Assembly: GCA_043736875.1 (NCBI GenBank)
Contig: JAYTBU010000027.1
Location: 1-35,647 of the forward strand
Origin: a bacterium
GTDB taxonomy: Bacteria > Patescibacteriota > Minisyncoccia > Phycocordibacterales > UBA5272
Length of the DNA: 35,647 bases
Direction of reading: 5' to 3'
Part shown: piece by piece, positions 7,869 to 17,112 of the stretch
How the letters are laid out: every line of letters starts with the position of its first letter
Numbering within the stretch: position 1 is the stretch's first letter
Translations under genes and position numbers: made by a program
The notes under the pieces: model-generated
Told to the model about the DNA's origin: nothing
Databases searched by the model: none
The model's input: the letters and a program-made list of their open reading frames with translations, nothing else

Positions 7869-7918
7869 TTTTTATTTGACCACTTGCAAAAAGAACTCTT
7901 TTTGAAAAGTTGGCACTT

Positions 7919-10900
7919 CTATTTTAAATCATTAATCATCTCTACCACAAAAGTTTTTTCGCTATTTCTACTTGCTACTTTACCTTTTATTATGCACACA
8001 GTGTCTAACTTTATTTTATTTTTTATCTTTTCAAAAGTTTTTGGAAAGACTGCCATCTCTATTGCTCCTGTATAGTCACGAGTGTTTATGAGTGCCATCA
8101 TATCACCTTTTTTCGTCTTCATTATTTTTACTTTTTCTATAAGCACAGCAAGGCTACACTCAAACTCATCTGCATAATCATGATGTACTCTGTCTATATT
8201 TATATTTCTATTTATTATCTGTTCTCTCCATGGATCAAGAGGAAAACCAGAGACATACAGTCCCAGCAATTCTTTTTCCCAGTTTAATTTTTGTGTAGCG
8301 GATGCTGCAGCTACTTTTTTTAATTTAAAAGTTGGCGCAGACACACTTTCTCCGAACAGACTCATCTGAGACTCATTATCTTTTATGACATTTTTATGAT
8401 ACTCTAATATGTTTTCTATGTTAAGAATTATCTGATTCCTTTCTTCGAACATGTCTAGAGCCCCGCACATAGCTAGTGCATCCATAGATTTTTTACTAAG
8501 ATTTTTATGTGTAACTCTTTTTAAAAAGTCCTCCAGATTTTTATATTTACCATTTTTATTTCTCTCATTTATAACCGCATCCGCTATGTCCACTCCAAAG
8601 TTTTTAATAGTGTATAATCCAAACCTTATCTCTTCTACCCCTTCTACGTTTTTAACTATTTCAAAGCCGCCGACAGACTCATTGATATCTGGTGGCAGTA
8701 CGGTTATGCCCATGCGTTTACATTCTGCGACTATCTCGGCTATTTTATCAACATCACCGCTCTCATTTGTCATAATCGCTGTCATATAGGCATGAGGGTA
8801 GTGGGCCTTCATATATGCGGTCTGATAAGCGACGCGGCCGTAACTTGCAGCATGAGCTTTGTTAAAACCATACGCTGCAAACGGCTCTATTTGTGTCCAC
8901 AGTTCATCCGCTTTACTTTTGGATAGACCATTTGCGAGAAACCCTTTATAGAGTTTTTCTTTTTGTTCCTCCATTTCCGCAGGGATTTTTTTACCCATAG
9001 CTTTACGCAGCTTGTCAGCCTCTAGCCAGCTGTAACCAGCAAGATGTATAGCAGTTAACATCACGTCATCTTGATAAACTATAACACCGTAGCTCATATC
9101 AAGTATTTCTTTTAGTCTCGGATCTAAAAAAGTAACAAGGTCAGGATTATGTTTTCTTTTTATATATTCTGGTATCATCTCTAGTGGTCCTGGGCGATAC
9201 AGTGCTACCATCGCATTTATGTCGTGTACATTTGTGGGTTTAAGTTCTTTTAAGTATCTTGTCATACCGCTACCATTCAATTGGAAAAGTCCCATGGTCT
9301 CGCCGCGTGACAACATCTCAAAAGTCTCTTTATCATCTTCACTTATCTCTTCTATATCCACATCTATATTATATTTTTCTTTTACTATTTTTATAGCAGT
9401 AGCGAGTATTGATAAGTTTCTAATTCCAAGAAAGTCAAATTTTAAAAGTCCAGCATCCTCGATGGTATACATGTCATATTGTGAGATTAACTTACCTTCA
9501 CCTTTTGGGTCATATTGTATTGGTGTCCACTCGGTCAGGGCAGCAGGAGAGATAACGGTACCAGCAGCGTGTACACCGATATGACGTACGTTACCTTCTA
9601 ATTGTTTTGCCATGTCTAGTATTATGCTTGTGTCTCTGTCTGTATCATACATTTCTTTTAGTTCTGGTACGTCTTTTATAGCACTATCTATGAAAACAGG
9701 AAAGCCTTGTTTTGGTGGTGGTATTAGACGAGATAATTTGTCGCCAACAAGATAAGGAAAGCTCATGGCACGCGCCACATCACGCACGGCACCGCGCGCC
9801 ATCATAGTACCAAAAGTACCGATCTGTGCTACGTGATCAGCTCCATATTTTTTTCTGGCATAATTAATCACGTCGTCACGTCTGTCATCTGCAAAGTCCA
9901 TGTCTATATCTGGCGCTGATGGACGCTCCGGATTTAAAAATCTCTCAAATGGTAACTTATAAACTAAAGGGTCACATTTTGTAATACGAAGCAAATAAGT
10001 CACAAGTGATCCAGCTACTGATCCACGTATATTTGTAAGTACGCCGTTCTCTCTCGAAAAGCGAAGCAAATCATAAACCACCAAAAAGTAAGGTGAGTAA
10101 CCTTTGTTTTTAATTACTTCTAATTCGTAGTCTAACCTTTTCAAAGTCTCTGGAGTTGCCTCTTTTTTTCTATCTTCTAATCCTGCGTATGCCAATTTTT
10201 TCAAGTCCTCATCGTAATTAACTTCAAACTCTATAGCAGGGAAAACCCATTTACCCAGCTCTATTTCAAAATTTATTTGACCAGCTATTTTTTCTGTATT
10301 TATTATCGCCTCAGGTATATCTGAGAAAGCATTTATAAAGTCATCTTTATTTGGAAAAGAAAAATCTGCTTGTGAAAAATGTGTCTTATAATATTCGCTA
10401 GCATCTATCTCACTGTCTATCTGTATAAGTGTCTTGTGGGCCGGCTTATCATTTGCAGATATATAATGTGAGTTTTGAGTAGCGACTAATTGTATATTAT
10501 TTTCTTTCGCAAAGTTTATTGTATTCTCACGCATCTCTCTCCCATAATCCATAAAAGTATGATTGGTTACTTCTAAGTAAAAATCATTATAAAAAATATC
10601 AGTGTATTTTTTTAAGGTATTTTTAGCTTGTATTTTATTTTTATCATCATTTATTTTTAAATGACTGGAAACTTCACCCCAAGGACCACCAGACAGGCAA
10701 AATAAGCCGGTGGTATTTTTGGCGGCAGCTTCGCTGCCGCCACCACTCTCATCTACTTTCAAATTTTCAAAATCCTCAAAAGTTAAAAATGGATTATCAT
10801 TTTTAATGTGCTTTGTATTTGCTACACTTACTAGCTTCATCAAGTTTTTATAACCTATTTCATTTTTAGCAAGTAATACTATTTCAAAAAATCTTTCACC

Positions 10901-11113
10901 GACCTTCACTTGAAGCTCAGCACCAAAAATAGGTTTTATTTTTCTCTTTTGACATTCCTTTTGAAATTCTATAGTACCATACATATTATCTGTATCTGTT
11001 ATAGCTAGATGTGTGTATTCAAAAGATACAGCTTTTTTAATTAGTGTGTCTATTTTAGGTAAAGCTCTCAAGAGAGAGTATTGTGTATGATTTCTTAGTT
11101 GTACCGGATTCAT
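7919..11113 (-). CDS. dnaE: DNA polymerase III alpha subunit
   Basis: 1064 aa counted from the ATG at 11113 (MNPVQLRNHTQYSLL, PHP-domain start). Polymerase core motifs are present, e.g. PDIDMDF and GLLKFDFLG. The TTG at 11140 in the ORF track is probably upstream of the true start. Confidence 0.95.
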   Translation of the reverse strand: MNPVQLRNHTQYSLLRALPKIDTLIKKAVSFEYTHLAITDTDNMYGTIEFQKECQKRKIKPIFGAELQVKVGERFFEIVLLAKNEIGYKNLMKLVSVANTKHIKNDNPFLTFEDFENLKVDESGGGSEAAAKNTTGLFCLSGGPWGEVSSHLKINDDKNKIQAKNTLKKYTDIFYNDFYLEVTNHTFMDYGREMRENTINFAKENNIQLVATQNSHYISANDKPAHKTLIQIDSEIDASEYYKTHFSQADFSFPNKDDFINAFSDIPEAIINTEKIAGQINFEIELGKWVFPAIEFEVNYDEDLKKLAYAGLEDRKKEATPETLKRLDYELEVIKNKGYSPYFLVVYDLLRFSRENGVLTNIRGSVAGSLVTYLLRITKCDPLVYKLPFERFLNPERPSAPDIDMDFADDRRDDVINYARKKYGADHVAQIGTFGTMMARGAVRDVARAMSFPYLVGDKLSRLIPPPKQGFPVFIDSAIKDVPELKEMYDTDRDTSIILDMAKQLEGNVRHIGVHAAGTVISPAALTEWTPIQYDPKGEGKLISQYDMYTIEDAGLLKFDFLGIRNLSILATAIKIVKEKYNIDVDIEEISEDDKETFEMLSRGETMGLFQLNGSGMTRYLKELKPTNVHDINAMVALYRPGPLEMIPEYIKRKHNPDLVTFLDPRLKEILDMSYGVIVYQDDVMLTAIHLAGYSWLEADKLRKAMGKKIPAEMEEQKEKLYKGFLANGLSKSKADELWTQIEPFAAYGFNKAHAASYGRVAYQTAYMKAHYPHAYMTAIMTNESGDVDKIAEIVAECKRMGITVLPPDINESVGGFEIVKNVEGVEEIRFGLYTIKNFGVDIADAVINERNKNGKYKNLEDFLKRVTHKNLSKKSMDALAMCGALDMFEERNQIILNIENILEYHKNVIKDNESQMSLFGESVSAPTFKLKKVAAASATQKLNWEKELLGLYVSGFPLDPWREQIINRNINIDRVHHDYADEFECSLAVLIEKVKIMKTKKGDMMALINTRDYTGAIEMAVFPKTFEKIKNKIKLDTVCIIKGKVASRNSEKTFVVEMINDLK
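10720..10744 (-). repeat. 25-nt GC-rich palindrome inside dnaE, identical to 35623-35647
   Basis: Minus-sense sequence is GGTGGCGGCAGCGAAGCTGCCGCCA, with 10-bp stem TGGCGGCAGC/GCTGCCGCCA and loop GAA. It is translated GGGSEAAA within ...VDESGGGSEAAAKNTTG... Confidence 0.9.
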
Positions 11114-11151
11114 ATTTTTATTATATGTATTATAACACAAATATCCTCATA

Positions 11152-11184
11152 CAAAAATAAAAGGCACCATCTTTTTGATGGTGC
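11152..11184 (-). terminator. Rho-independent terminator of the small minus-strand gene, upstream of dnaE
   Basis: Hairpin GCACCATC-TTTTT-GATGGTGC at 11164-11184. In minus sense it is followed by CTTTTTATTTTT. Confidence 0.65.
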
Positions 11185-11200
11185 GTTAAGAAAAAGTTTT

Positions 11201-11380
11201 TTAACTAAAATCATTGCCAGAAGCTTTTTTCAAGTCTGTCATATTTGTGACAGAGATGGAAGGTTTTTTTGCTTTCGTTTTTTTTGACTTAAGGTACTTA
11301 TTTCCGTCAATTTGTCCAGACAATATCTTTGTCTGGATTGATGGAGGTAAATCAGTGAACAGGTTTTTCATTTTAGACAT
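11201..11380 (-). CDS. Small basic protein (59 aa), unknown function; absent from the supplied ORF track
   Basis: Translated by hand: MSKMKNLFTDLPPSIQTKILSGQIDGNKYLKSKKTKAKKPSISVTNMTDLKKASGNDFS. It is bracketed by a near-consensus promoter (11436-11463) and a terminator (11152-11184) on the same strand. A weak RBS (AAAGGAAAAAG) is present. Confidence 0.55.
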   Translation of the reverse strand: MSKMKNLFTDLPPSIQTKILSGQIDGNKYLKSKKTKAKKPSISVTNMTDLKKASGNDFS

Positions 11381-11435
11381 ATCTTTTTCCTTTTTAAAAA
11401 AGTTTAAAAATAAATTAACCGAAAGAACTATATAG

Positions 11436-11463
11436 AGTATACTACTTTAAAAACATTTGTCAA
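11436..11463 (-). promoter_or_regulatory. Near-consensus sigma70-type promoter (TTGACA-16 nt-TATACT) on the minus strand
   Basis: Plus-strand TGTCAA at 11458-11463 and AGTATA at 11436-11441, separated by a 16-nt spacer. Confidence 0.6.
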
Positions 11464-11517
11464 GCTTATTTTTATAATTAATGGGCATAACTGGATTGTA
11501 TTTATTTATTTATAGTA

Positions 11518-11523
11518 TATAAT
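11518..11523 (+). promoter_or_regulatory. -10 box (TATAAT) of the pilus operon; leaderless spacing to pilM
   Basis: TATAAT at 11518-11523, then exactly 6 nt to the pilM ATG at 11530. Confidence 0.5.
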
Positions 11524-11529
11524 TAAAAT

Positions 11530-12573
11530 ATGTTTGGCTTATTTAAAAAAGTAGAGAAAAGATATATAGGACTTGATCTAGGAGAGTCGAGTATAAAGCT
11601 TGTCGATATATCCAATCTAGAAGACAGACTAATTCTTAATAATTATACAGAATTAGAAATAGGCACATATGCAGGCAGAGAAAATGGTGAGATAGTAAAG
11701 CTTGGAGAAAAAGAGATAACCCAGGCAATAAAAGATATATACACGAGCTCAGAATCATCTTGTAAAAATTTTGTAGTGTCGGTCCCTATGCAATCATGTG
11801 TTATAAAAAGTTTTGACTTACCTATAGAAACTAAAAGTATATTGGACACTATTGTACCATACGAATTTTCAAAAGGGACAATGTTAAAAGCATATGATTT
11901 TAACATTAATTATAACATAGTAGAAGAGACAGACTCTAAGTTGAGCTTACTTGTTGTTGCAATAAAGCAAAAGGATGTAGACAGGATAAATAGTATATTT
12001 GCAGACATAGACCATAATGTTCTGCGAGTAGAACCGAGTATATTTGGACTTTCTAGAAATATAGAAAGATTAAATACTGGAAGTGTCAATATGATTATTG
12101 ATTTTGGCGCCAGTGTAACAAGCGTTCTTTTTGTCAGTGCCAACAAAGTATATATGGCTCAGACTTTTTCAAAAGGTGTAAATCAAATAATCTTAAATAT
12201 TAAAAACAATCTAAGTGTGAGTTTTTTATCAGCAAAGAAATTCTTTTTTGAGTTGGATATTTTAAATGAAAGTAGTCTAGAAGCACAGATATGTAATAGT
12301 TCATTTGCTTCTATTTTAGAAGAAGTTATACACATACAAAATAATTTTTATAATAAATTTTCATTAAAATGTAGTAATATATATATAAGCGGTGGAGGGT
12401 CAAAAATAAATAATATTGAAAGTATGATAAAGCAGTTTTTCCCGCTCATGCAAGTCTCAAAAATAAATGGATTTGAGAGATTATTTTTACCAGAAACTTT
12501 AAAGGAGACAACTTTTAAACATGGTGGAACATTTAACAATGCGATAGGAGTTACATTATCAGAAATAGAATAA
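11530..12573 (+). CDS. pilM: Type IV pilus assembly protein PilM (actin-like ATPase fold)
   Basis: 347 aa. N-terminal IGLDLGESSIKLV motif. First gene of the pilMNO-pilBTC operon. Confidence 0.85.
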   Translation: MFGLFKKVEKRYIGLDLGESSIKLVDISNLEDRLILNNYTELEIGTYAGRENGEIVKLGEKEITQAIKDIYTSSESSCKNFVVSVPMQSCVIKSFDLPIETKSILDTIVPYEFSKGTMLKAYDFNINYNIVEETDSKLSLLVVAIKQKDVDRINSIFADIDHNVLRVEPSIFGLSRNIERLNTGSVNMIIDFGASVTSVLFVSANKVYMAQTFSKGVNQIILNIKNNLSVSFLSAKKFFFELDILNESSLEAQICNSSFASILEEVIHIQNNFYNKFSLKCSNIYISGGGSKINNIESMIKQFFPLMQVSKINGFERLFLPETLKETTFKHGGTFNNAIGVTLSEIE

Positions 12574-12577
12574 ATAT

Positions 12578-13369
12578 ATGCCACCTTTCAGAAAAAATAA
12601 TAATTTTATAACAAATAAAACAGAAGAGCTGTTACCGTCTGATCCTTTTAGACCTATTGCTATTCTGGTATTTACTTTTTCTATACTTATTTCTATCTCG
12701 GTGTATGGGGGGCTTTATTATTTTGAAGCTAAAAATAAAGCTTTAGAAGATGGGGTAAAGTCACTAGAGGTTGAAATAGCTAAAATGCCACTGAAAGAAA
12801 TGGTTCAGATGTACAACAAGATCACAAACATAAACACTATTCTTTCTACAAGAAATAATGTGCTGCTGGTTCTTAATTTGCTGGCTGACTCTGTAGAAGA
12901 TGGAGTTTATTTTGAAAAGATGGACATAGTTACAAAAGAAAAATATGCTGAAATGTCTATTTTTGGAGTTACAAATAGTTATGAAAATATAGTAAAACAA
13001 ATAGATAGTATGAAAAGAGAGTCAGAATCATATAAGAGTCTGATTAAAAAAGTTACACTAAAGTCAGTCTCATCTGACAAAGATAATAATATAAAATTTT
13101 TATTATCTGTAGAAATAGACATGGTAAATAAAAATCAGTTTATGATAGAATCTAAAAAATATGACCCTACATACCAGAGTCCTTCTAGTGTAGAGATTAA
13201 TTTTGGGGGTCTAAATATCAGTACCAGTACCACCTCTACTTTTATACAAAGCTCTACGTCTTCTATAGCAACCACCACCTCAAGCTCTACTGTAGAAATA
13301 AAACCTGCACCAGACACAAAAACCACCCCAACAGAAACAGTCAAGGTAATTAAAATTAAAACAACCTAG
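12578..13369 (+). CDS. pilN: PilN-like bitopic pilus assembly protein with Ser/Thr-rich C-terminal tail
   Basis: 263 aa with an N-terminal TM span (IAILVFTFSILISISVYGGLYYF) followed by a coiled segment. It follows pilM. The tail reads STSTTSTFIQSSTSSIATTTSSSTVEIKPAPDTKTTPTE. Confidence 0.65.
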   Translation: MPPFRKNNNFITNKTEELLPSDPFRPIAILVFTFSILISISVYGGLYYFEAKNKALEDGVKSLEVEIAKMPLKEMVQMYNKITNINTILSTRNNVLLVLNLLADSVEDGVYFEKMDIVTKEKYAEMSIFGVTNSYENIVKQIDSMKRESESYKSLIKKVTLKSVSSDKDNNIKFLLSVEIDMVNKNQFMIESKKYDPTYQSPSSVEINFGGLNISTSTTSTFIQSSTSSIATTTSSSTVEIKPAPDTKTTPTETVKVIKIKTT

Positions 13370-13372
13370 AAT

Positions 13373-13951
13373 ATGAAACAATATATATTAACCATATCAC
13401 TATTTACAATATCTACGATACTGGTATTTTGTATTGTTATGCCACTGTATAATGGTTCTGGATATAGTGTTATACCGATGTCAAATCTAATACAAAAATA
13501 TACTGAAAATAAAAAATTAAAAGAAGCTTTACTGATTTCTCAGGATTTATTTTCAAATAGTGAAGAAAATGTGCGAGGCTTTTATTCTATAGATGATGAA
13601 TATAAAAGAAAATTAGACTTGGCGGTCCCAGCGGTAAAAGATATACCAAGAACTCTTAATAATATAAATGTACTTGCTTATGAAAACTCAATAGAGCTTT
13701 CCGATTTCAAGTTTTCTAAAAATATAAATGATGTAAAAAAGAAAGACTATATTACTTACGACGTTTCTTTTTCTTTGATTGGTAGATACGATAATTTTCT
13801 TAATTTTATATCTAAAATAGAAAAGAGTTTAGAAATATACAACATAAAAAGTATCTCTATAGCTACAGCTGATAACAAAGAACAGTCATATGGAACTATG
13901 AAATACGTAATTTCTCTGGAATCTTTTGAGATTAAAAATAATATTAAATAA
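13373..13951 (+). CDS. pilO: PilO-like bitopic pilus assembly protein
   Basis: 192 aa with an N-terminal TM span. The call rests on its position after the pilN-like gene and its size, both typical of PilO. Confidence 0.55.
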   Translation: MKQYILTISLFTISTILVFCIVMPLYNGSGYSVIPMSNLIQKYTENKKLKEALLISQDLFSNSEENVRGFYSIDDEYKRKLDLAVPAVKDIPRTLNNINVLAYENSIELSDFKFSKNINDVKKKDYITYDVSFSLIGRYDNFLNFISKIEKSLEIYNIKSISIATADNKEQSYGTMKYVISLESFEIKNNIK

Positions 13952-13963
13952 AATAATAAACAT

Positions 13964-14263
13964 ATGAATAAAATACAACTAAAACAAGAAAACATAAAGT
14001 ATATATACGGACTATTTTTTATGGTACTGTTATCTTTTTTTGCATACGTTGCTTATGATATTTTATACAGAGAACATCAGACAGAAGAAGTACTTTTGTT
14101 ATCGTCTGATACATTTAGAATAGTTCAGGATTTTAAAAATAAAGGTGTAAGTTTTCTAAATATAGAAAACCTAATAAATGGGACCTTCTCTTATCTGGAA
14201 AATATAAATAAAGACGTATTGCCTTTTACTGAAAAGGGCAGATTTAACCCTTTTGAAAGATAA
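13964..14263 (+). CDS. Small bitopic membrane protein of the pilus operon (possible PilP-like role)
   Basis: 99 aa with TM span YGLFFMVLLSFFAYVAY. The C-terminal GRFNPF resembles the R-D/N-P-F motif recalled from PilP-type proteins. Confidence 0.45.
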   Translation: MNKIQLKQENIKYIYGLFFMVLLSFFAYVAYDILYREHQTEEVLLLSSDTFRIVQDFKNKGVSFLNIENLINGTFSYLENINKDVLPFTEKGRFNPFER

Positions 14264-14264
14264 T

Positions 14265-15989
14265 ATGATAATATTAACCGAACTTTTAAAAAGAAATATA
14301 TTATCTGAGCTGCAGGTAAGAGACATAAGTAACAAATTAGATGCGGGAGATGTTTTAACTGTTGATGATGCTTTTAAAGTTTTTAATGTGCAAGCTAGTG
14401 TAGTAAAGCAAGTCAGGTCTGAGATTTTCGCTTTACCAACTTTTGATACTGTAATAAAATTAGACACTAATAATATAAATTATCTAGATCAGAGCATGGC
14501 TAGAAAATATAAGATATTGCCACTTAATTTTTCTGATAATACACTAAGTGTTGGTCTGGTTGACCCAGAAAATCAAGACACTATATCTGTTATAGAAAAT
14601 TCAACCATTAAAAATGGTATCAAATACAAACTTTTTTTAATATCTCAAGATCAGTTTGAGGCAGGTCTGATTGAGTATTTTAATGCAAGTGTAGAAGAAG
14701 AGTCTGCAAAATCATTGGTTTTGGGAGATGTAAATAGTAGTGTCGGAGACTTGGATAAAAAAGAGGCAACAGACATAACCAAATTTGACCAAGATTTATC
14801 TAAAAATATAACAGACGATAGTGTAGATACAATAGTAAACACTCTTATAAATCAAGCTTTAAAGCAAGATGTAAGTGATATACATATAGAGCATCTGGGA
14901 GACAGTCTTCGGGTTAGGTACAGGATAGACGGAGTGTTAGAGAAGAAATTAGAGTTACCACCGAGCATGCACTCATCATTAATAGCAAAAGTTAAAATAC
15001 TTTCTGATATGAAGCTTGATGAAAAAAGAAAGCCACAAGATGGACGTTTTTCTGTCAGGATAGAAGGTCATAAGGTAGATTTTCGTGTGTCATCTATGCC
15101 AGGATACTATGGTGAGAAAGTGGTTATACGTATTTTAGATAGTTATAGAGGTATAAGAAAGCTTGAAAATATGGGTTTTAGTGAGCTGCATTTAAAGCAA
15201 ATTAGAAATGCTCTGCAGAGACCTTATGGTATGATACTCATAAGTGGTCCGACAGGATCTGGAAAAACCACCACTTTATACTCAATGATAAATGAAATAG
15301 ACAGAGATAAAAGAAATGTTGTATCATTAGAAGACCCAATAGAATACAATGTGTCAGGCATGAATCAGTCACAGATATTCCCAGAGATAGGTTATAACTT
15401 TTCTACTGGATTACGCTCTATATTACGTCAAGATCCTGACGTCATTATGGTTGGAGAAATACGTGACGCAGAGACGGCTCAGCTAGCTGTGCAAGCAGCA
15501 CTGACAGGACACTTAGTTTTTTCTACTATACACACCAATAATAGTGTTGGAGTTATAACTAGATTAATAGATATGGGTGTAGATCCATTTTTGATAGCAC
15601 CTACGCTTTGTCTTTCTATAGCACAACGTCTGGTTCCTCAAATATATCCAAAATGTGAAGCTCCTCTTGAAATGGGTGAAGGTTTAAAAGCTATGATAAA
15701 AAAAGAATTTGAAGAATTGCCGGAAAGCTTTAGAGAGAAATTAGATTTGGATAGGCCTGTGTATCAAGCTCTGCCAAATGAAATAGCACCATCAGGAACA
15801 AAAGGTCGCGTACCAGTTTTGGAGATACTAGAAATTGATGATGATATACAAAATGCTATAGTTACTAAAAAATCAGAAGATGATTTGTGGAAAATAGCAA
15901 AGACAAAAGGTATGATAACCATGAAGCAAGATGCTATCATAAAATCTATGAATAAAATAGTTCCATTTGTGGAAATCGCCGGCTTGTAA
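14265..15989 (+). CDS. pilB: Type IV pilus extension ATPase PilB (GspE family)
   Basis: 574 aa counted from the ATG at 14265. Walker A motif is GPTGSGKTTT, plus VGEIRD and FSTIHTN boxes and an N-terminal T2SSE_N-like region. Confidence 0.9.
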   Translation: MIILTELLKRNILSELQVRDISNKLDAGDVLTVDDAFKVFNVQASVVKQVRSEIFALPTFDTVIKLDTNNINYLDQSMARKYKILPLNFSDNTLSVGLVDPENQDTISVIENSTIKNGIKYKLFLISQDQFEAGLIEYFNASVEEESAKSLVLGDVNSSVGDLDKKEATDITKFDQDLSKNITDDSVDTIVNTLINQALKQDVSDIHIEHLGDSLRVRYRIDGVLEKKLELPPSMHSSLIAKVKILSDMKLDEKRKPQDGRFSVRIEGHKVDFRVSSMPGYYGEKVVIRILDSYRGIRKLENMGFSELHLKQIRNALQRPYGMILISGPTGSGKTTTLYSMINEIDRDKRNVVSLEDPIEYNVSGMNQSQIFPEIGYNFSTGLRSILRQDPDVIMVGEIRDAETAQLAVQAALTGHLVFSTIHTNNSVGVITRLIDMGVDPFLIAPTLCLSIAQRLVPQIYPKCEAPLEMGEGLKAMIKKEFEELPESFREKLDLDRPVYQALPNEIAPSGTKGRVPVLEILEIDDDIQNAIVTKKSEDDLWKIAKTKGMITMKQDAIIKSMNKIVPFVEIAGL

Positions 15990-16004
15990 TTTGTAAAAAT
16001 GTAG

Positions 16005-16010
16005 TATAAT
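16005..16010 (+). promoter_or_regulatory. Internal -10 box (TATAAT) with leaderless spacing to pilT
   Basis: TATAAT at 16005-16010, then exactly 6 nt to the ATG at 16017. Confidence 0.45.
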
Positions 16011-16016
16011 GTATCT

Positions 16017-17087
16017 ATGCAAGAAAAATATTTATCTAACGACTTACTTAATAATCTAATACTAACTCTGGTAAAAGAAGACGGTTCTGACATACACTTG
16101 GTTGCGGATATGAGTCCAGCAGTGCGTATACATGGTGAACTTATACCCATAACAAAAGTTTCCAAGTTAGAATCTTCTGAAATAGTTGAAATACTGAGGC
16201 TCATAATAACTCCAGAGCAGTATGAAAAGTATTTGAGTGATCAGCAAGTGGACTTTTCTTACACTCATTCAGGTGAGTACAGACTAAGAGGGCATGCCTT
16301 TGTTCAAAAAGGGAAAACTAGTTTAGTGCTTAGGCTTGTACCAAAAATAAAAGAGATTAATGACCTTAACTTACCAAAAGAGTTATTGGATGTGTGCAAG
16401 CTAAAACAAGGCTTCTTTTTGGTGGTGGGCCCAGTAGGACAAGGAAAGTCAACTACGCTTGCTAGTATGATTAATTACATTAACACAAATGATAAAAAAA
16501 TAATCTCTACCATAGAGGACCCTATAGAATATATACACGAATCAAAAAATAGCTATATAACACAAAGAGAAATAGGTACAGATACAAAAAGTTTCCCAGC
16601 AGCTCTGGAGGCAACTTTTAGACAAGATGTAGACGTCATACTTTTAGGAGAAATGCGTGACGCAGATACTATACGCACTGCCGTAACTGCTGCTGAGACT
16701 GGGCATTTAGTGTTTTCTACTTTACATACTAACTCTGCTTCACAGACGATAGACAGAGTTATAGATTCTTTCCCCTCTAATCAGCAAGATCAGATACGCT
16801 CACAACTAGCTTCTTCTTTGGTTGGAGTATTTTCACAGAGACTGCTACCAAAGATTGGTGGCGGACTCATGCCTATATATGAGCTATTAATGGTTAATAG
16901 TGCAGTACAGAACCTGATCAGAGAGAAAAGATCTTATGAGATAGATAATATAATAGAGACTGGCGCACATTCTGGCATGATTAGTTTTGACAGATGTCTA
17001 GCTGCTGCTGTTGTTAGAGGTGATGTACCGATAGACGAAGCTATATTGCACGCTAAAAACAAAGACATGTTTCAAGACTTAATATAA
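16017..17087 (+). CDS. pilT: Twitching-motility (retraction) ATPase PilT
   Basis: 356 aa. Walker A motif is GPVGQGKSTT, plus LGEMRD and GHLVFSTLHTNSA. The size is typical of PilT. Confidence 0.9.
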   Translation: MQEKYLSNDLLNNLILTLVKEDGSDIHLVADMSPAVRIHGELIPITKVSKLESSEIVEILRLIITPEQYEKYLSDQQVDFSYTHSGEYRLRGHAFVQKGKTSLVLRLVPKIKEINDLNLPKELLDVCKLKQGFFLVVGPVGQGKSTTLASMINYINTNDKKIISTIEDPIEYIHESKNSYITQREIGTDTKSFPAALEATFRQDVDVILLGEMRDADTIRTAVTAAETGHLVFSTLHTNSASQTIDRVIDSFPSNQQDQIRSQLASSLVGVFSQRLLPKIGGGLMPIYELLMVNSAVQNLIREKRSYEIDNIIETGAHSGMISFDRCLAAAVVRGDVPIDEAILHAKNKDMFQDLI

Positions 17088-17112
17088 AAAATTAAACATA
17101 AATACTATCAAT

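Noticed and set aside
8451-9584. Plus-strand track ORFs of 112 aa (8451-8789) and 121 aa (9219-9584) inside the dnaE region.
   Set aside because: They are antisense to a full-length, motif-rich dnaE. Their sequences are low-complexity (Ser/Phe/Leu-rich) with no motifs, as expected from shadow frames.
10720-10744. The peptide GGGSEAAAK resembles a concatenation of the synthetic linker modules GGGS and EAAAK, raising the thought of engineered or vector contamination.
   Set aside because: Both copies are embedded in native-looking AT-rich coding sequence of unrelated genes, and the nucleotide sequence is a perfect palindrome. Synthetic linkers have no reason to be palindromic. I treat this as coincidence, although read-level validation is still advised.
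11099-11435. Two plus-strand track ORFs (62 aa and 73 aa) between dnaE and pilM.
   Set aside because: The promoter, RBS and terminator orientation all favour the 59-codon minus-strand gene at 11201-11380. The plus-strand products look like shadow frames.
15764-16204. 146-aa minus-strand ORF spanning the pilB-pilT junction.
   Set aside because: It is antisense to two well-supported ATPase genes and crosses their intergenic promoter, so it is a shadow ORF.
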